A model generated the notes under the pieces. The model was not told where the DNA came from. It saw nothing but the letters and a program-made list of their open reading frames with translations, and made no database searches. The position numbers and the translations under genes were made by a program. From Owenia fusiformis (Eukaryota), in assembly GCA_903813345.2 (NCBI GenBank), contig CAIIXF020000001.1, positions 30,504,001 to 30,568,000 of the forward strand: DNA of 64,000 nt, in the 5' to 3' direction. Positions 27,601 through 42,600 of the stretch are shown here, one piece after another. The first letter of the stretch is position 1, and the number at the start of each line of letters is the position of its first letter.

Positions 27601-30600
27601 TTTGGCTTATTCTGGGTATTGCCTTCTTTCTTAGTTTCTGTATTACTCTGTGATTCATTATCTTCAACAGTTCTATTTGATTCACGACCTTTACATGTTT
27701 TAATAGCTTGTGGCAATTTTGCTTTGTTTTTTGCAGACCTGCTTCTTGTTGCTCTTGTTGTCTGTTTTTCATCAACACCATCTGTCTCAAATCCAAATGA
27801 TCTATCAATTTTATCAATTTCAGGACTAAAATCATTCAGTTCAGTGTGTTCTACTTCCAAATCTTTATGTTTATGTGATTCATCCATCACTGGATTTGGT
27901 TGTTTTTCTACTTCAACTATTAACTCCCCAATGTCATCATCATCAGACTCTCCTGATATCTCGTCCTTGATTGACTTGTTTTTCCTTCCCCTCTTTGCTC
28001 TTGTTGTTGGTGCCGCTCTGGGTTTGGATTTCTTGCCCTTATTAGCTCGTCCTCTTTTTGTTGCACCTTTTCTCTTTGTAGGCTGTTGTGTGTTCTCTTT
28101 GAAATCATCAACACTCTTCTGGGACCCATCTTCTAAAGAATTAAGGTAGAGTGAATCATTTAGAGCATAAATCAAATTATGTTTTGTGTTATTCAATATT
28201 AATATATAGTTTTCATAACTCTGGTCTTGGACAATTGACTCTAAAAAACAAATTCTATGTAACATGTAAGAGCCTGCAACATCAACATACTTTAATATAA
28301 AGTTTCTTTCTTGAAAACATAAAGGCTTGACAAATTTGCTCAACAAGTAAGCAGCATGATTAATGCAGATTATAAGGGGTGCATGAACCACTTATAATTT
28401 CTTGGTTTGTAACAATTTATTGTGCAAGCGACAAATTATTCTTAACAAATGTTGGCATATTTTAGAATTAGAAAAAGGCTGTGAGCCCCTTTCATATCCA
28501 AACTGTCAGGGTGTTCCAGCCCCAACTCAATCCTTTTATTCATGTTCACTAAATGAGGTAATAATAAAATAGTACCATGGGTACTGCACTCACATGGGAA
28601 GGTTACAATGTTTTTAATGTTTGACAGTGGGAGCTAAGAATAATTAAAGTTTTTTGCACATTATTAAAGGTTGAAAATATTTTTGTAGAAGTACTTGGCT
28701 AGCTGTAATTAAAAACATTGGTATTTATTGATCCAAGCTAATATACCCTTTTTCATAATGAAGCTGGAACAGAGGAATTTCACAAACACACTAAAAGGTA
28801 GCTTTAAACATGATTTTTCTGCATTAAAAGTGGCGGCCATTTTGAAATTTGCAACATATTTTGCCTAAACTTGTAAACAAAGTATTGCTAACCTATAAAT
28901 TTGTACAATTTCAAGCAAACTGATGATGTAATTGTGAATTTATGACAAAAAAGCTAAAAACCTGATTTTTCTACAATAAAATTGGTAGCCATTTTGAATC
29001 TTTACGACATATTTTACTGAAGCTCGTAGACATTATTATTATTTACCGCCATTTTGAATAGCAAGCTTTTGAGATGCCACTCATGGAACAATTGACAACC
29101 TTATATAGACACATTTTAAAAATTCCAATTGTCTTGGAGGATTTTGAATTAGCTGCCAATGTGTTGACAAACAGACGGATGGACGGACAGGCAGACAAGT
29201 GGGCGATAACAATAGCTCACCATGTGAGCTAATAAAAAGGTTAGGCACTTTGTTGCTTTATTGAACACAGTTTATATCCCAAGATTATCTCGGTCCTGTA
29301 ATTAGTACCTTTAATTGTTGCCAACCCTGAAACTGATTTTGGTGTCTTATCATTAGATGTGATAGTCCCCTCCTCAGTAATATTACTCAATGCTGGGCTC
29401 TTTGCTGCACAATATACTGTCTTGTTATATCCTGTGTAGTTGGGGTCCTCTATCAAGATTTTATCTTTTAATTTGGCCACCTGCATAACATAATATACAA
29501 AGGACATAAGTGAAAGGTTATGAATATGGCTGGGAGCATAAAATAACAATTGTGTAAAATTCTGCTGTGATTGTATGTGGATTGTGGATTACCTAAAACC
29601 AAGGGGATGGCAAACCAACATTTCATGTTTTTCCCTTGATCAAGTAAATACATAGTTACCTGTTGTATTTTTTCTTCTTTGGACAATGATTCTGTGATAG
29701 GTTGACTGGAAACATTAATCTCAACAGGACATGAATCTGGTATTGTGTCCACATCACACTCTTGAACATCTACAAAAATTATGAGCAGATATATTATCAT
29801 AAGTATGCAATTTGGGAATAGTGTATAGCATTCTCACTGTAATTGCCATTAATTATCCAATAAATGTTCATGTCATGAATGATAAAATGCCGCTTAATTT
29901 TGTGTTTATTTTCTGCTATTAGAACATTATCTTGTGCTATAAAATTACAAATAGAAGTATGTAATTAAAGATTGTTTTAATAATATAAATAATAGTATTA
30001 AATAAACAAGTGGTAGTAAAATAAGAGCTATTGCACACCTTCATCCTCCTCATCCTCTGAGGCATGTGCTATTGCCTCACTAACTTTCAGCCTTCTCTCA
30101 GCAATATCAAGAGACATGTCAGGGGAAACCGGCTTCTTCACTTCTACGGGCACAGGGGCCATTACAAGTGGAGTTTTCACACGTCTCACACCATGACAGG
30201 ACTTGGGAGTTTTAGAACCTGCAGGAGCTGCACATTGAGATGTACATGATTAGTTGCAGAACTACATGTATTTACTGGATTTTACAAATACAACTATGCA
30301 AAATAACCACAGTAATTCAGGGTCTGTATTTTTCATTTAGGGTTACAGTTTAATAACAGTTTCGATAAAGCATATATCTTTACAGTATTTTGAATGGAGA
30401 TGCAGAAATCAAATATTCCTGAAATAAAATAAATAAATGTACAGGGGTTTCTGAAAGGTTAACAGACATTAGGGTCTAACTGAAAATATACAAAGCAACA
30501 ATTTGTCTCAGATATTGGTTGTGGCTCAAATTGACATCCCATACAGCCAGTCAGAAAGCATGTTATATGTATATTGTAATTTATATTTAAAAAAATTGAA

Positions 30601-33600
30601 GCATTTGTAGGGTAGTGAGACCAATAAGGAAGATTAAATAGACTGGCTCAATATGAAGAAAAATGGAACTGGAAAAAGAATGAGCCAAATATTCAGGAAG
30701 ATTAGCAAAGTATAATCTGAGTCCTAAAAGACACTGAAAAAATAAGTTCTTGATTTGTGGGCTAAATCTAGCACCTTACTGATCTTCATATCTACAATTA
30801 AGATCTGGGGAAAGTACAAGCAGATTTTCCAATTCACCTTTTCTTAATACCGATTAAGTCAGTTTTTCTTCATCTTACTTATTTTTGCTATGATACTTCA
30901 AATATTAAATTTTTCTGGAAATAATTTCTGCCCTATGTGACTCTGACAGACTGGATAGTAAATTTGTAGCATGACTAAAAATATTATCTTGACATTTGTG
31001 TATTTTCATTGAGACCCCTTAGGTCTGTCAACATTTCTTATTTAGAAACCCCTCAAGATTTAATAGGTGTGAAAATCCCCATCTTAAACCTATGGGGGAA
31101 AAACAAGGAAGTATAAATTTGTTCCTCCGCGAACTGCATTGCAGTGGGAAATATTTTGACCTTATTAGGAAAGATTTTCGCGTCTCCTCTTTTGAAGAGG
31201 GAACAACGATCTGCTCAATTATTTATCCCTTTTCAGGAACAATTGCAAAAGGGATTTCTGCATTTCCTGCAAAGATTTATTGAAACCTTTGCATATATAT
31301 GGATATTTTTGGCCCACCCTGTAGATTTTACTTAAACATACCCCTGTCTTTGTCTGGACTCTTAGAATTAGGTTGAGAAGATTTTTCCAGTGGTTTGGAT
31401 TGCAGAAGACTAGTGCTTCGACCTGATGAAGTGTTGCTACTTGCAGTATGTTGCGTGCTGGAGGTTGTTGTTGGCATCTGGATACAAGGATTCACTACTA
31501 CATGTATGATATACTACAGATATGTTCTTATTCAAGCTAAAAAGATGGCATACTAGTCTTATAATCTATAATATGGTAATTTCTGATTTGAATTGTTATT
31601 CATATATCAGCAAAATGTGGTGAGATTTATAAATGAAAAACAAACCTCAATATTTCTGTTATATCTAGCTGATATAGCCATTGGTTGTAAAGGCATCGAT
31701 ACTTTTGGTTGTCTTGGGCATGGTTTTCCAACCTGAATTGTTTAAGGTTAAATTTCTAATGTTATTGGTATGTATACATTAGAAAGTATGACAAAATATA
31801 ACATTTTGAGAACAATAACTTTCCTGTCTACCTACAGGTAACTGATACTTTGGGCAGAAATGATGTCATTGCAATCAAAATAATAATTAATACACCTCTA
31901 TCTTCACTTCAAAATATTTGGGATTGCTCAAATTCAAAATAATATAACCATTAAGATTTATTTGAGTGAAATATATTTTCATCTCTGGGGACGAGAACCT
32001 TATTGGTTTCATACTGTTATTTACAAGATTTTTTAATTCTTATTTAAATTCAAACCTTAGTAGTAAGTTTATCAGCAATTCTCTTGGCTAGGTCATCACA
32101 AAGATTTCCCATATCAGTCTGTTCATCAGCAATAGAACTTGGAATCTAGAAGAAATCAGACATAAACAGTAACCTTTAGAATAGAATACACCTGCAAAAC
32201 ACACATTTCAACGACATAGTTCTGAACAATAAATTGGTTTATAATATTCCAAAGCAATTTTTAAATCAATAATTATGTTAATCCTCTCATTATTATCAAT
32301 TTAATTTATAGGTAAGATGACCTCTAATTAATAAATGAATATTCTATTCTTCCACACTTATTATCATGGGATTTCAGGATCCCTTAAAAGCCAATGATAT
32401 TATGTATGAGTACATGCCTGGTAGTCATCTTCATTTTCCGTAGTTTTCAAGTTCACATGAATGGACTGGATTGACCTGGATACCTTTTGACCAATCTGAA
32501 GACAAAACTAATCTTTAGAAATAAGATCAACGATTAAATGTGTAAAAGACATTCAAGGCAATGCCTATAAATCAGAATTTGCATTACAATATAATAATAA
32601 TCATGTGGCAATTTCTTGTATGCTAAAAAGCTCATTATAACAGCTATTGCTTGGTACATTGAAGAATGAAGATATTTCACCAATATCACTATGGCAGCAT
32701 GGGGGCTATAAAAGAAACAGTCCAAAAGAAAAAACAAAAAGCATAAACATGTATTGCACTCAATTCATAGGATCTATGTATTCATTCATTGTATAAAAGC
32801 TTAAAATTAAAATCAGTCAGGTTCATTGTTCAAGTATAATTCTGAGATACCCCATGTCATTTAAAAAATCTGTACTAACAGATGTACCATATTCCCTGGG
32901 ATTAGCACACGGGCATATAGAAAATTCAAAAATACCTCCTTTAGACCATTCTAATAAACACCGATACATGGAAGAAGTCAAAGGCTCATGTAGGGAAACT
33001 TTCCTTGGAAAGAATGGATTATTTGCAACATCAGAACGAAATAACAACATATTTTTACAATACTGATATGGATTGATACTGGAGAGTTTACGGTAAATAT
33101 AGCTAAAATGAACCAAGAATCTTAACTAAATAATATTGAAAATATCCCCCGTAGAGCCCCACAAATTTAAGGAATTGTTTTTCCTGGTTATCTTCATTAT
33201 TTCCACAAGAGACTGTTGGATTATCCATCTAAAGTTATATTTATGTGCAAATGGGCAAGGTTAATAATTTGAAGGATATCACTCCATCGCTTCTCAATTT
33301 TCAAGATTGGCACTATCACGCCTTACCATCGCGTAAGCAGGCGTCACCGTACAGCGTCAAAAAATAGCGGAGTACAGTTTTCTGTACGGTAACGCAAATT
33401 AAACTGCTTTGAAGCAAAAACTATGACAAGGGTTTAAAAAAAATTAATTTGATGAAAACTAATACGATTTCATGTGAAATAAAAACAGCATTCTCTTAGA
33501 AATGGTTTTAACTAACTGATTATGATAAACGTTTTACGAGCACTGTTCGGATTTTTTCTGAGTGAATCGGCCCACATAATCGACCCAAGTGAAAAAAGGT

Positions 33601-36600
33601 TGTTTTTTCACATTTCGTTTGGTTATTATTTTCCCTGCCGTCTGAGAGTATGGATTATTTTTTTGAGAAAACGTATTTATTGACTACACATTTTAGAACG
33701 GGCGAAGATTCAGCAAACAACCATGCATTATGTATATTTAAAAAAGATCAAATTTGAACGGTGACGCACCAGCTGTACGGTGACGCCATGCTTTGATGAA
33801 CTAAATGAGACTAAGATTGTATGAAATGGAAACTCTGGAGTATGATCATTTGTTCATATATAGCGCCGTTACATACATAACGGAAGGTTACTGGAAATGT
33901 ATGATACGGTAAAGATAATGAAACCAAAAACTCTCTTGTTGCTATGTTATTGATGTTTTAAAACAAGGGATGTCACAAGTAAATCTCATCTTGCATGTGT
34001 GACTTTTTAGGATGAAAGATGCAATATATTGCATGGGGTAAAGATGGCTGTGTAGGCTATCTTTGTTAGTCAAATGAGAAAAGTCTGGTTTAGTTCAAAT
34101 GATACCAAAGCATTACGTCAACTTTGAAATAGTTAATTCCATGAAAACTAAAATTATCGAAATTGATACTTCCTGTCCGCCATCTTAAATGCGAAGGTGA
34201 CGGCTGTAACCTTCGCTTGATACTTACCAGTGACAATTTACATGTAGATCTGACGCTTCTTTACCTCTTGTTCGAACAGTAAGCTTAGAGCTCTTCATAA
34301 AATCTAAGGAAGCGTCACCGTACAGCTGATGCGTCACCGTACAGTTCTGATCTTTTTTGAATAAATACACTGAATGATTTTTTGCCGAATATTCATCTGT
34401 TCTAAAATGTGTAGATAACAAATACATATTCTCATAAAAATAATCCATACTCTCAGACGACAGGGAAAATAATAACCAAACGAAAAGTGAAAAAAAAAAA
34501 AATTTCTCTCGAGTCGATTATGTGGGCCGATCCAGTCAGAAAAAATCCGAGCAGTGCTCGAAAAACTTTTGTCATAATTAGAAAGTTAAAACCATTCTTA
34601 AGAGAATGCTGTTTTTATTACACCCGAAATCGTATTTATTTACGTCTAATTAATCTTTTTAAAACCCTCATTATAGTTTTTGCTTCAACTAAGTTAAATT
34701 TCGTCACCGTACAGAAAACTGTACTACTGTATTTTTTGACGCTGTACGGTGACGCCTGCTTACGCGATGGTTAGGCGTGACTATTTCATGAAATAAAAAC
34801 ATAAATGCCACATTAAAAGTGATTTACTGGAGTTATGTATGTGTGCAGGTTTACATTCTAAATACATTTCAAAATTTTATTTGATGATTCAATTAAGTAT
34901 TTAAACAGAAAAAAAAATGTAACACATGCAATGACCTAAACTGAAATACAATGTACCAGTATGGTTAAACAAAACCACATACAAGAATTTGGCCCTGACA
35001 TGAATAATATGCAAAACTGATGGTTGCATGCAGTTAAAAAACATTCAATATTTCATCAACAGTCCCATATAACAAAAGAAATTGAATGCATAATCATACA
35101 GCAATCACATTTCACAAAACGTTTTACAATTGACAACTAATAAATGTTAATTCATGTATTTTATCATATAATAACAATAAATAATAAAAACTATTATTGG
35201 AACCCATATTTTTTAATAAGAATTGTACTTTTAAACAAGGTCATCAACCTAATAAAGGAAACACTAACATTTAAAACAACCACAAAAGCCAAAAGTATAT
35301 AGGTCACATGATCTAGTTCCAAGAGAAAAAGTGACTCAAGCTTGACTTTTTGGATAAATCTCTATAAGGACAAAAACTATTTTGCAATAATTTATTTGTG
35401 AGCAAACATGCTCACTTAGACATATTAAAGAGAAGATCTTTACACAAAATATCCGCATATTTTTTTTGTTTATCCAGTCTTAAGCAACCTAGAATAGATC
35501 AGCAATGAAAGGATATTGATTCAAACAGGTTAAAAGCCCCATATGAAAAGACCAGTGTAAAGTTTGAAAATATAGTTTAAGCACTCAAATATCATAAGTG
35601 AGTTTAAGCTTGCATATAAAATCGAATCGCCAACCTATACGTATGACCAATCGCCCATACAAATACATCGCTTAAATAACTAGCGTTCGCGTTTAGGTTG
35701 TGAAAAAAAGTGGTAGCTTAAACTCTCTATTTTTCATGACCTATTAAACCATTTGAGACATTTTTTAAAAAATTCATTTTTGAATATTTCTTATATTTTT
35801 ATATATTTGAATTTCCCTCCATTTTAAAAACAATTAGATCATCAAATATGACACTTATCACTATTTTCTCTACTCCTTTAAATAGATCAGCCAAAAAATC
35901 ATATCATTTCAACTACTCAATCTATGATTTTATGCATATATAAACTTTTAAAGCCTTTTCAAACTTTGATGTCACAATGATATGCTGTGATGTCACTCAG
36001 GTGGTAAAATATTCTTTGAAATATTATCAATTTTTTATAAAGCAATATTGTTGGCTTATCTCTAGGTTGAAAATAAATTTTCATCATGTTTTGAAAATAT
36101 CTATGTAAATATATATAAATGGCCACCTTTGTGTACTTTTCTTGCATTTTCAAACAATTTTCTTTATTTTTAAACAAAATAGGTAAGGATGTCTGTTATG
36201 CAATGGTGTAAATTATAACTTACAATGCATTTGCATGACAACTAATATGTTATTTGAAATATATAATTTTTTTGAATATAAAACCCTTCAAAATCAAGTT
36301 TTAAGTTTTAACCACTTTGGACTTATAGGGACTTATTGGGACTTTGGACCTATAGGGCTATAATTATAAAAAAGTGATCTGAACCTTTTCTTTTTGTAAG
36401 AAAAACTGCGATTTTTATTTTTTTTAAATTAGCTGTAACAAACACCTATTATTAAGTACTTTACACCAAGGCATAATACAGTATATACATTCTAATCACT
36501 TTTATGCTAAAGAAATTGGATAATTGTTTGAAAAATATATGCACAAACAAGTTGTTCAAAGAAAGTACTTTGTAAAGTTTTAGTTCTCAATGAAACCAAT

Positions 36601-39600
36601 GACACAAAATATGATAATTTTTTTTCAACTCACACAGGCAACATAGAATTATTTTGCATTAGCTACTTAGTTTAATATACGAGGGGTGATTAAAAGGAAT
36701 GGACAAAATTTTATAGGCATACTTAACATTACCCAATCAGTCTAATTTTATTAGAGATTAGGTCATTCAATTATCTACTAAATGTCAAATTCTTATTTAA
36801 ATGCATTCAATATTGTTAAGAGAGAAAAATGATATGCCCCCCGACATTTTTTCAAATGAAATTTCTTTAAGTCATGACAAATAGAACTTGGATGATGAAA
36901 AAATATTCTTAAACTTTCCATTGGGCTTTTAAAGTCCCCTTCTCTACGATTTAATACTAGGTTTCTATCATTTTCCTTTATCAAAGCATAACATGCAGTA
37001 ATGCAGGCTTAAACAGTCTTATAATGTGCCGTATACTCACCCAGTCATTTCAGTTGCTAGTACTAAATTCATTTTTCTGTTGTCTTTTGACCCGACCCGA
37101 AATTACCCGACCTGAACACTTTTTTCTGGCCCAACCCAACGAATACCTGACCTATGACACCTCTACTATTCCAGAATGAAGTCAACATACAAGTACAAAC
37201 ACATACAGAAATACTGTTGCACTTATCTTCATCCTGTTGCATCTCAAATACATTTAAAATCAGGTTCTGTCATTTACCTTATTTGGAGTTTTCAATGTGC
37301 CATCAAGGGCCCCTTGTATGCTGCAATGTGGCTGGAAGGCAATGGTCACCACTGTATCAGGTATCATAGGGCCAAAACTGATCAGATCCCTGACAGGGTG
37401 CTTGAGGTAAAGCTTCACTATGTTGTCTTCAAGACTGTATTTTTCAACCACCTTGTGATGAATTGACACAGTCTCCCACAACAATTCATCTTCCTCCTCC
37501 TCCTACATAACATGATATACAATGTACTTGTATAAAGAATTTATGTGCATTATAGCATTTATATACAAGAGTAGAATTATAGGAATTATTATAAGTGCAG
37601 CTGACGATGATTCTTCGAAAATGTATCAAATCATATACATTTATTACCAGTTTTGTCCAGACTTTAAAAACTCATTGGTTTAACATATGAGAACATATTG
37701 GAAGGTTTTAATCTAAATTAAAGCGATTATAATTCTTTAAGTTATGGTTCTCAAATCTCAATGTGACTTTTCCGCAATATAAATGGTAGCCATTTTGAAT
37801 TTTTCCATGAATTGTCAAAACTTAAAGACTTCATTAGGTTTTAGATAAAAATACTAACTGGATAGGGCAGTTATAATATACAATAGTATATACAAAATAT
37901 AAAATAAATCTTGTCTAAAATTACAAGGTGGTTTTAATATCATGATTTTTAACACAGAAATTGTTACCACATGTATTCTAATATTGCATAGATGACTGTA
38001 TCACAGTGAACAATTAACAAAAGTTATTTAACCAATAATAAGTTTGATGAAAATACCAATCATTCCAAAGAGTAAAGAATACTATAGTATATGCATATTT
38101 TGAAAAAAGCAGCAATACAATAATTTCACTTCACACAATGTGAATTTTTTATTCATTGATTAAATTATTCATATTCACAAAGCCTGGTTCTAAATATTTA
38201 GTCAAGAAAGATTTTATTTCATTGAAAGATGGCAGCATTGTGAAAAACTTGTTTAAATTCCAAACATGAGGGAATGAAAAGAATTTAATCAATTCAACTA
38301 AAAGTGAATATGACAATGGGGAATGATTCACGCTATCAAAAGAAGTACTAGGCCCTTTGAATATCTGATTTAAAAACTTGAAACATGATAATAATAATAA
38401 AGTTAAATTGAATGAGCAAAATTCAGGAAATTGGATACTTTTTCAGATTTGTATATTTTGGACTGAATTGTTCCCAATTTATCGGCTTATTTTCATGGGT
38501 TTTCTACAGATTAAAAGTGTTAAAAGTCTGTTCTAATAATAAACAAGGCATAAACATGCAAAATGACCGACCAATGAACACCAACACTGACCAACTGCAG
38601 AACAGCATCCACAAAAAGTTGGAGACCATAACAGTTAAAATATGTCACCATTTGTGGCAATGACATAAAAAGAGGTCCAATTTTGGATGAATGAAAGAGA
38701 CTTTTGCAACTTAAGAGACCTCCTCTACTATATGGGTTCTACCATTTAGTAAAATAAAACAAGAATAATGACCTGACTTTCTGAAGGCTCTTGATTACAA
38801 AATATTGTAATCCTTCTGCTCCCACAATTAAAATCCACCCAGAATTCTGAATATTTGGCATCTTGTGGTTTTTCTAGTTGAATACTTCCTAAGTAGGCAG
38901 CATCACAGGGAATACTAAACACACTGTAAAAAACATGCACCTTCTAAACATGCAAATTATTCCACTAATTGATATTTCAATTGTCTGAGGTAAAAATAAT
39001 TAAATATTGGTAATGTTCTTATAATTGTCTAATTAGCAATTACAATAAAATGTTATTTTGAGATATGATTCCGAACAATGATAGTTTTTCTTTTGCAAAG
39101 ATCTATCAATTACTACTATAATTTTATGTCTTACTTTCTTGGGAAAGTAGTTTCATTTAGGTGGTTTAAAAACTCCCTACAATCCTACAAGAGAAAGTTA
39201 ATTTCATATCAATGATAATGATGATGCTAAAATAAATGTGAAATAGCATTACACAAATAATGTCGATAAAATAACCTTTACCCGAGACATAAAACTGAAG
39301 GGTAAATGCAATAGCATCTCTGATATACAATGTATCATCTATTTGCTGGTACAATAGACATGTCTATTTACATTTTTATTTTTTCATCTAATATTTATCT
39401 TTATTTAATTCAAACTATCTAGTTAACAACTTATGTACATGACTATAATAATAGTAATATATATATATATACATGGGCTTTCAACTAATTGAAAGCCCAT
39501 GATATATATAATGATAATAATAAGTAATTCACACATGTGCTTCAAGGTTAATTAAGAGGAAAGAAGTACCGTTTCAAAGTCTGAATCCCTAACATCCAGA

Positions 39601-42600
39601 AAAGCTTTCTGAACACCTTTGTCACTGAACCAAAATTTAGCGAAGCATTCCCGCTGTGGCTTCTGGATCAGCCTGAATAAGCACTCTATTACACCAACTT
39701 GAAACTCATAATCTAAAGTTAAACAAGAGAAAAATTAACAAGGTCTGTTGGGCAATAGTTGGAAATAGAACAGAATCAAAACCACTCAAATGACTAACAA
39801 CCAAAATTAATCAATTTAAAGTCGTGAAAGAAACAACAAAAAAGGGGTGGGTGTGGACGCTCTTAATTACATCAATTACATTTATAACAATCCTTGTATC
39901 TTCAATTAACTCATTTAACTGGAAATTATAAGATACTGTATAAGTTAAGTCCTTTTTTACTAAAAACAAGTCATTGTGAACTTGAAGAATTAGAGTAGTT
40001 AATGTCACTGTATCATAATAGAGACAGGTAATATAAATCATAGTTTACCTCCAATTGTCTGAATCAGTGCTGCAAGAAAATTGCTGAAAAAGGAAAGTGT
40101 CGAGTGTCAAATAATGCTGTCATGGGGGCATATTATTTTGAACAACAAAAGAGATGATCTTAAGCAATGATCTGACAGTAGGTTAACTGTATAACTGAAA
40201 TCATCTTTTATAAAGGACAAGGTACATTTGCAACTTTGAGTACTACATATAGTTGAAAAGATATTGTGGATTCTAAATGTTAAACTGTTGCATGTTCAAT
40301 GACAATAGGTGGCCATTGAAGGAAATAATGATCCATTGTCAAATTTATTACAAAAAACAACAGAGCATATGTTTTGTTTGATTTTTTGAAATGCATCTTG
40401 TAAAGCATTGTACACAAAATAAATAAAAGAGTTAGAAGGTTGAAAGGGAGCATTTTGTACTTTAGAAGAATTCATATTTTGCAAGGACTTCATTTTGTAT
40501 AATTTTGAGTTGTGTAATGTATGTTTCAAAGATTTTGTTCTTAAAAAAGGTGTGCTATATCTAAAATGCTCGTTCTCCTTTTGTTTTTTCTTGAAGACAC
40601 CTGCTGCTAGTGACAGTAAAAAACAATCACATAGATTAATAAAAAGTTGAAGTCTTAAACAGAGGACCAACGTTACTTTTGTCTCTATGTGAAAGTTACA
40701 TGAGTTTTACATTTTTAAAAATCTGGGCTGAAATAGATTATCTTTTTTTTGTTCTTGAACCTGTAAATTTGCAAAGTGAAACTTTCATTACAATGTACCA
40801 GTATACCTTCATATGCTGTTATTATGTGTACAGGGTGTCAAATGGCGTTGTGCCCCCTATCCCCAGCATAAACTAGAAGAGGTACACATGCATACTATAT
40901 ACCATTGGAAAGAGCATTTAATTGTTCTTAGAGTGTGAAAAGATGAAGATGGATGATAGAAAATAATATATGATTTGGACCAACTTTTAAAAGAGAGTTT
41001 GACTATCCCTCGCAGCTTTAAACGGCTGCCAGTCAGGCTGGATATCAAGTTAAAGGGGCATTGAAAAGAGCAGTGTCTTGAGCAGAGATCTCAATACTTT
41101 TTGAGGTTCTCCTGAAGGATATCTATGGAATATCTGTTTTCTACAGCTTCAACTTCCATAAGTAGCTGTGTTTTATCCATTAATATGGGCTCAATTTGAA
41201 CTGAAGCATTTAAGTCAGAGTTGTTGCTTGGGTATTCACCAATACCAAAAAGGTCTATGCAGGAATTTTTAAAAATCAATAAAAATAGCACTATACTGGT
41301 GCATTTCAAATGCTCATGAAACTTTGATGCAATATCTGACCATGGTCATCTAGGGTTCATTTTATCCAGAATTGAATGCTCTTTCTAATGATATATATAA
41401 TGTATGTGTACTTCTCCTAGTTAATGCTGTGGAAGGGGGGCACAACGCCATTTGACACCCTGTATACCATTCTACATTCACCTTCATATGTATATGATAT
41501 ACATGTACCATCATGCTACTTTGGCGGGCAACATATTGGTAAGTATCTATTATTGACAGGTATTTATGCATTATTAGCTTTATATACTGGTAGCAGTACA
41601 ATTACCTGAAAATTTACTGGTAGTTTTATATGTATTTTATTCATACCTGTTTTATTCAAGTTATTTTTGTTAAAGATATAATCTCCCAATATAAAGCCCC
41701 TACATTGTAATAGTGATAATAACAAACATAATTAGAAATGGCAACTCCACAGAGAAGCAAATCCCAACAAATATTATATTTCACAACATAATATTTCAGT
41801 ATGATATAGCCATATTTCAAAGAGATCTCTGCATTGAGTGGCTGTTTTAGATTTTCTGAAGCACAAATAACATAAAAAATTTATCTTCTTCTAAGGCCAC
41901 TGTATCGTGGCCTTCCAGTACAGATATATTCCTGCATGAACAACTGGTCATGTCGTAATCATAAAATTTGAAATCATATGTCCGCCATTTTTCCACATCA
42001 CAATTTGAATTGCGAGTTTTGGTCTTATTACCTCACCAAAAATTCCAAAACACACATAAAGTGATCAGTGTATTAGTTCACATCTTCTGGATCGCTAACT
42101 TAGAATTTACAGCCAGTTACTAATGTCAGACGTTAACGACATTTCGTCCAGTTTTCGAACATCGCCATTTTTCTTGGAGCCATTTTGTTTTAATTTTAGA
42201 CGAAATCCTGATGAAATCATGTCATATCTCATCAAGGAGCCGAGCTGGGTCCGGTTTGATTAATGATTTATTTATCTGCCGATTTTCAAAATATTCAATA
42301 ATGTTATGACACCACAGCCAGCTTTTTTCCAATAGAGTTCACAGTATTCCAGATGAAATCCCCTCTAGCCAAGTATTGGCTAGAGACTCAAGTAATAAAA
42401 AATGATACAATATTTGTGATCTAAAATAAAGTATTCAATTTGAGTATAATATACCCATACTTTGAAAAATATCTCAAATGAATGCAAATTCCAACATTGA
42501 GTGGTCATTTTGGACTTTCCGAGACTTGAATTAGAAAAATGAATCTACATGTACTTGTACTTTTAGAAATGAAAATGTTATGATTTTTGAAAAAAAATCC

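Noticed and set aside
27484..28149. 221-aa + strand ORF and alternative-frame ORFs (26951..27277, 27305..27835)
   Set aside because: Shadows of the large K/E-rich SYCP2-like exon; the hydrophobic antisense translation has no independent motif.
28133..28391. N-terminal part of the 570-aa ORF as a stand-alone gene start
   Set aside because: Composition is intron-like, and a phase-compatible acceptor lies at 28133.
37041..37076. Candidate extra SYCP2 exons here and at 35416-35487
   Set aside because: Both have stop codons in the required phase 0.
37601..37625. CTGACGA...GAAA hammerhead-like core
   Set aside because: Stem II is only 2 bp, and there is no stem I or III complementarity.
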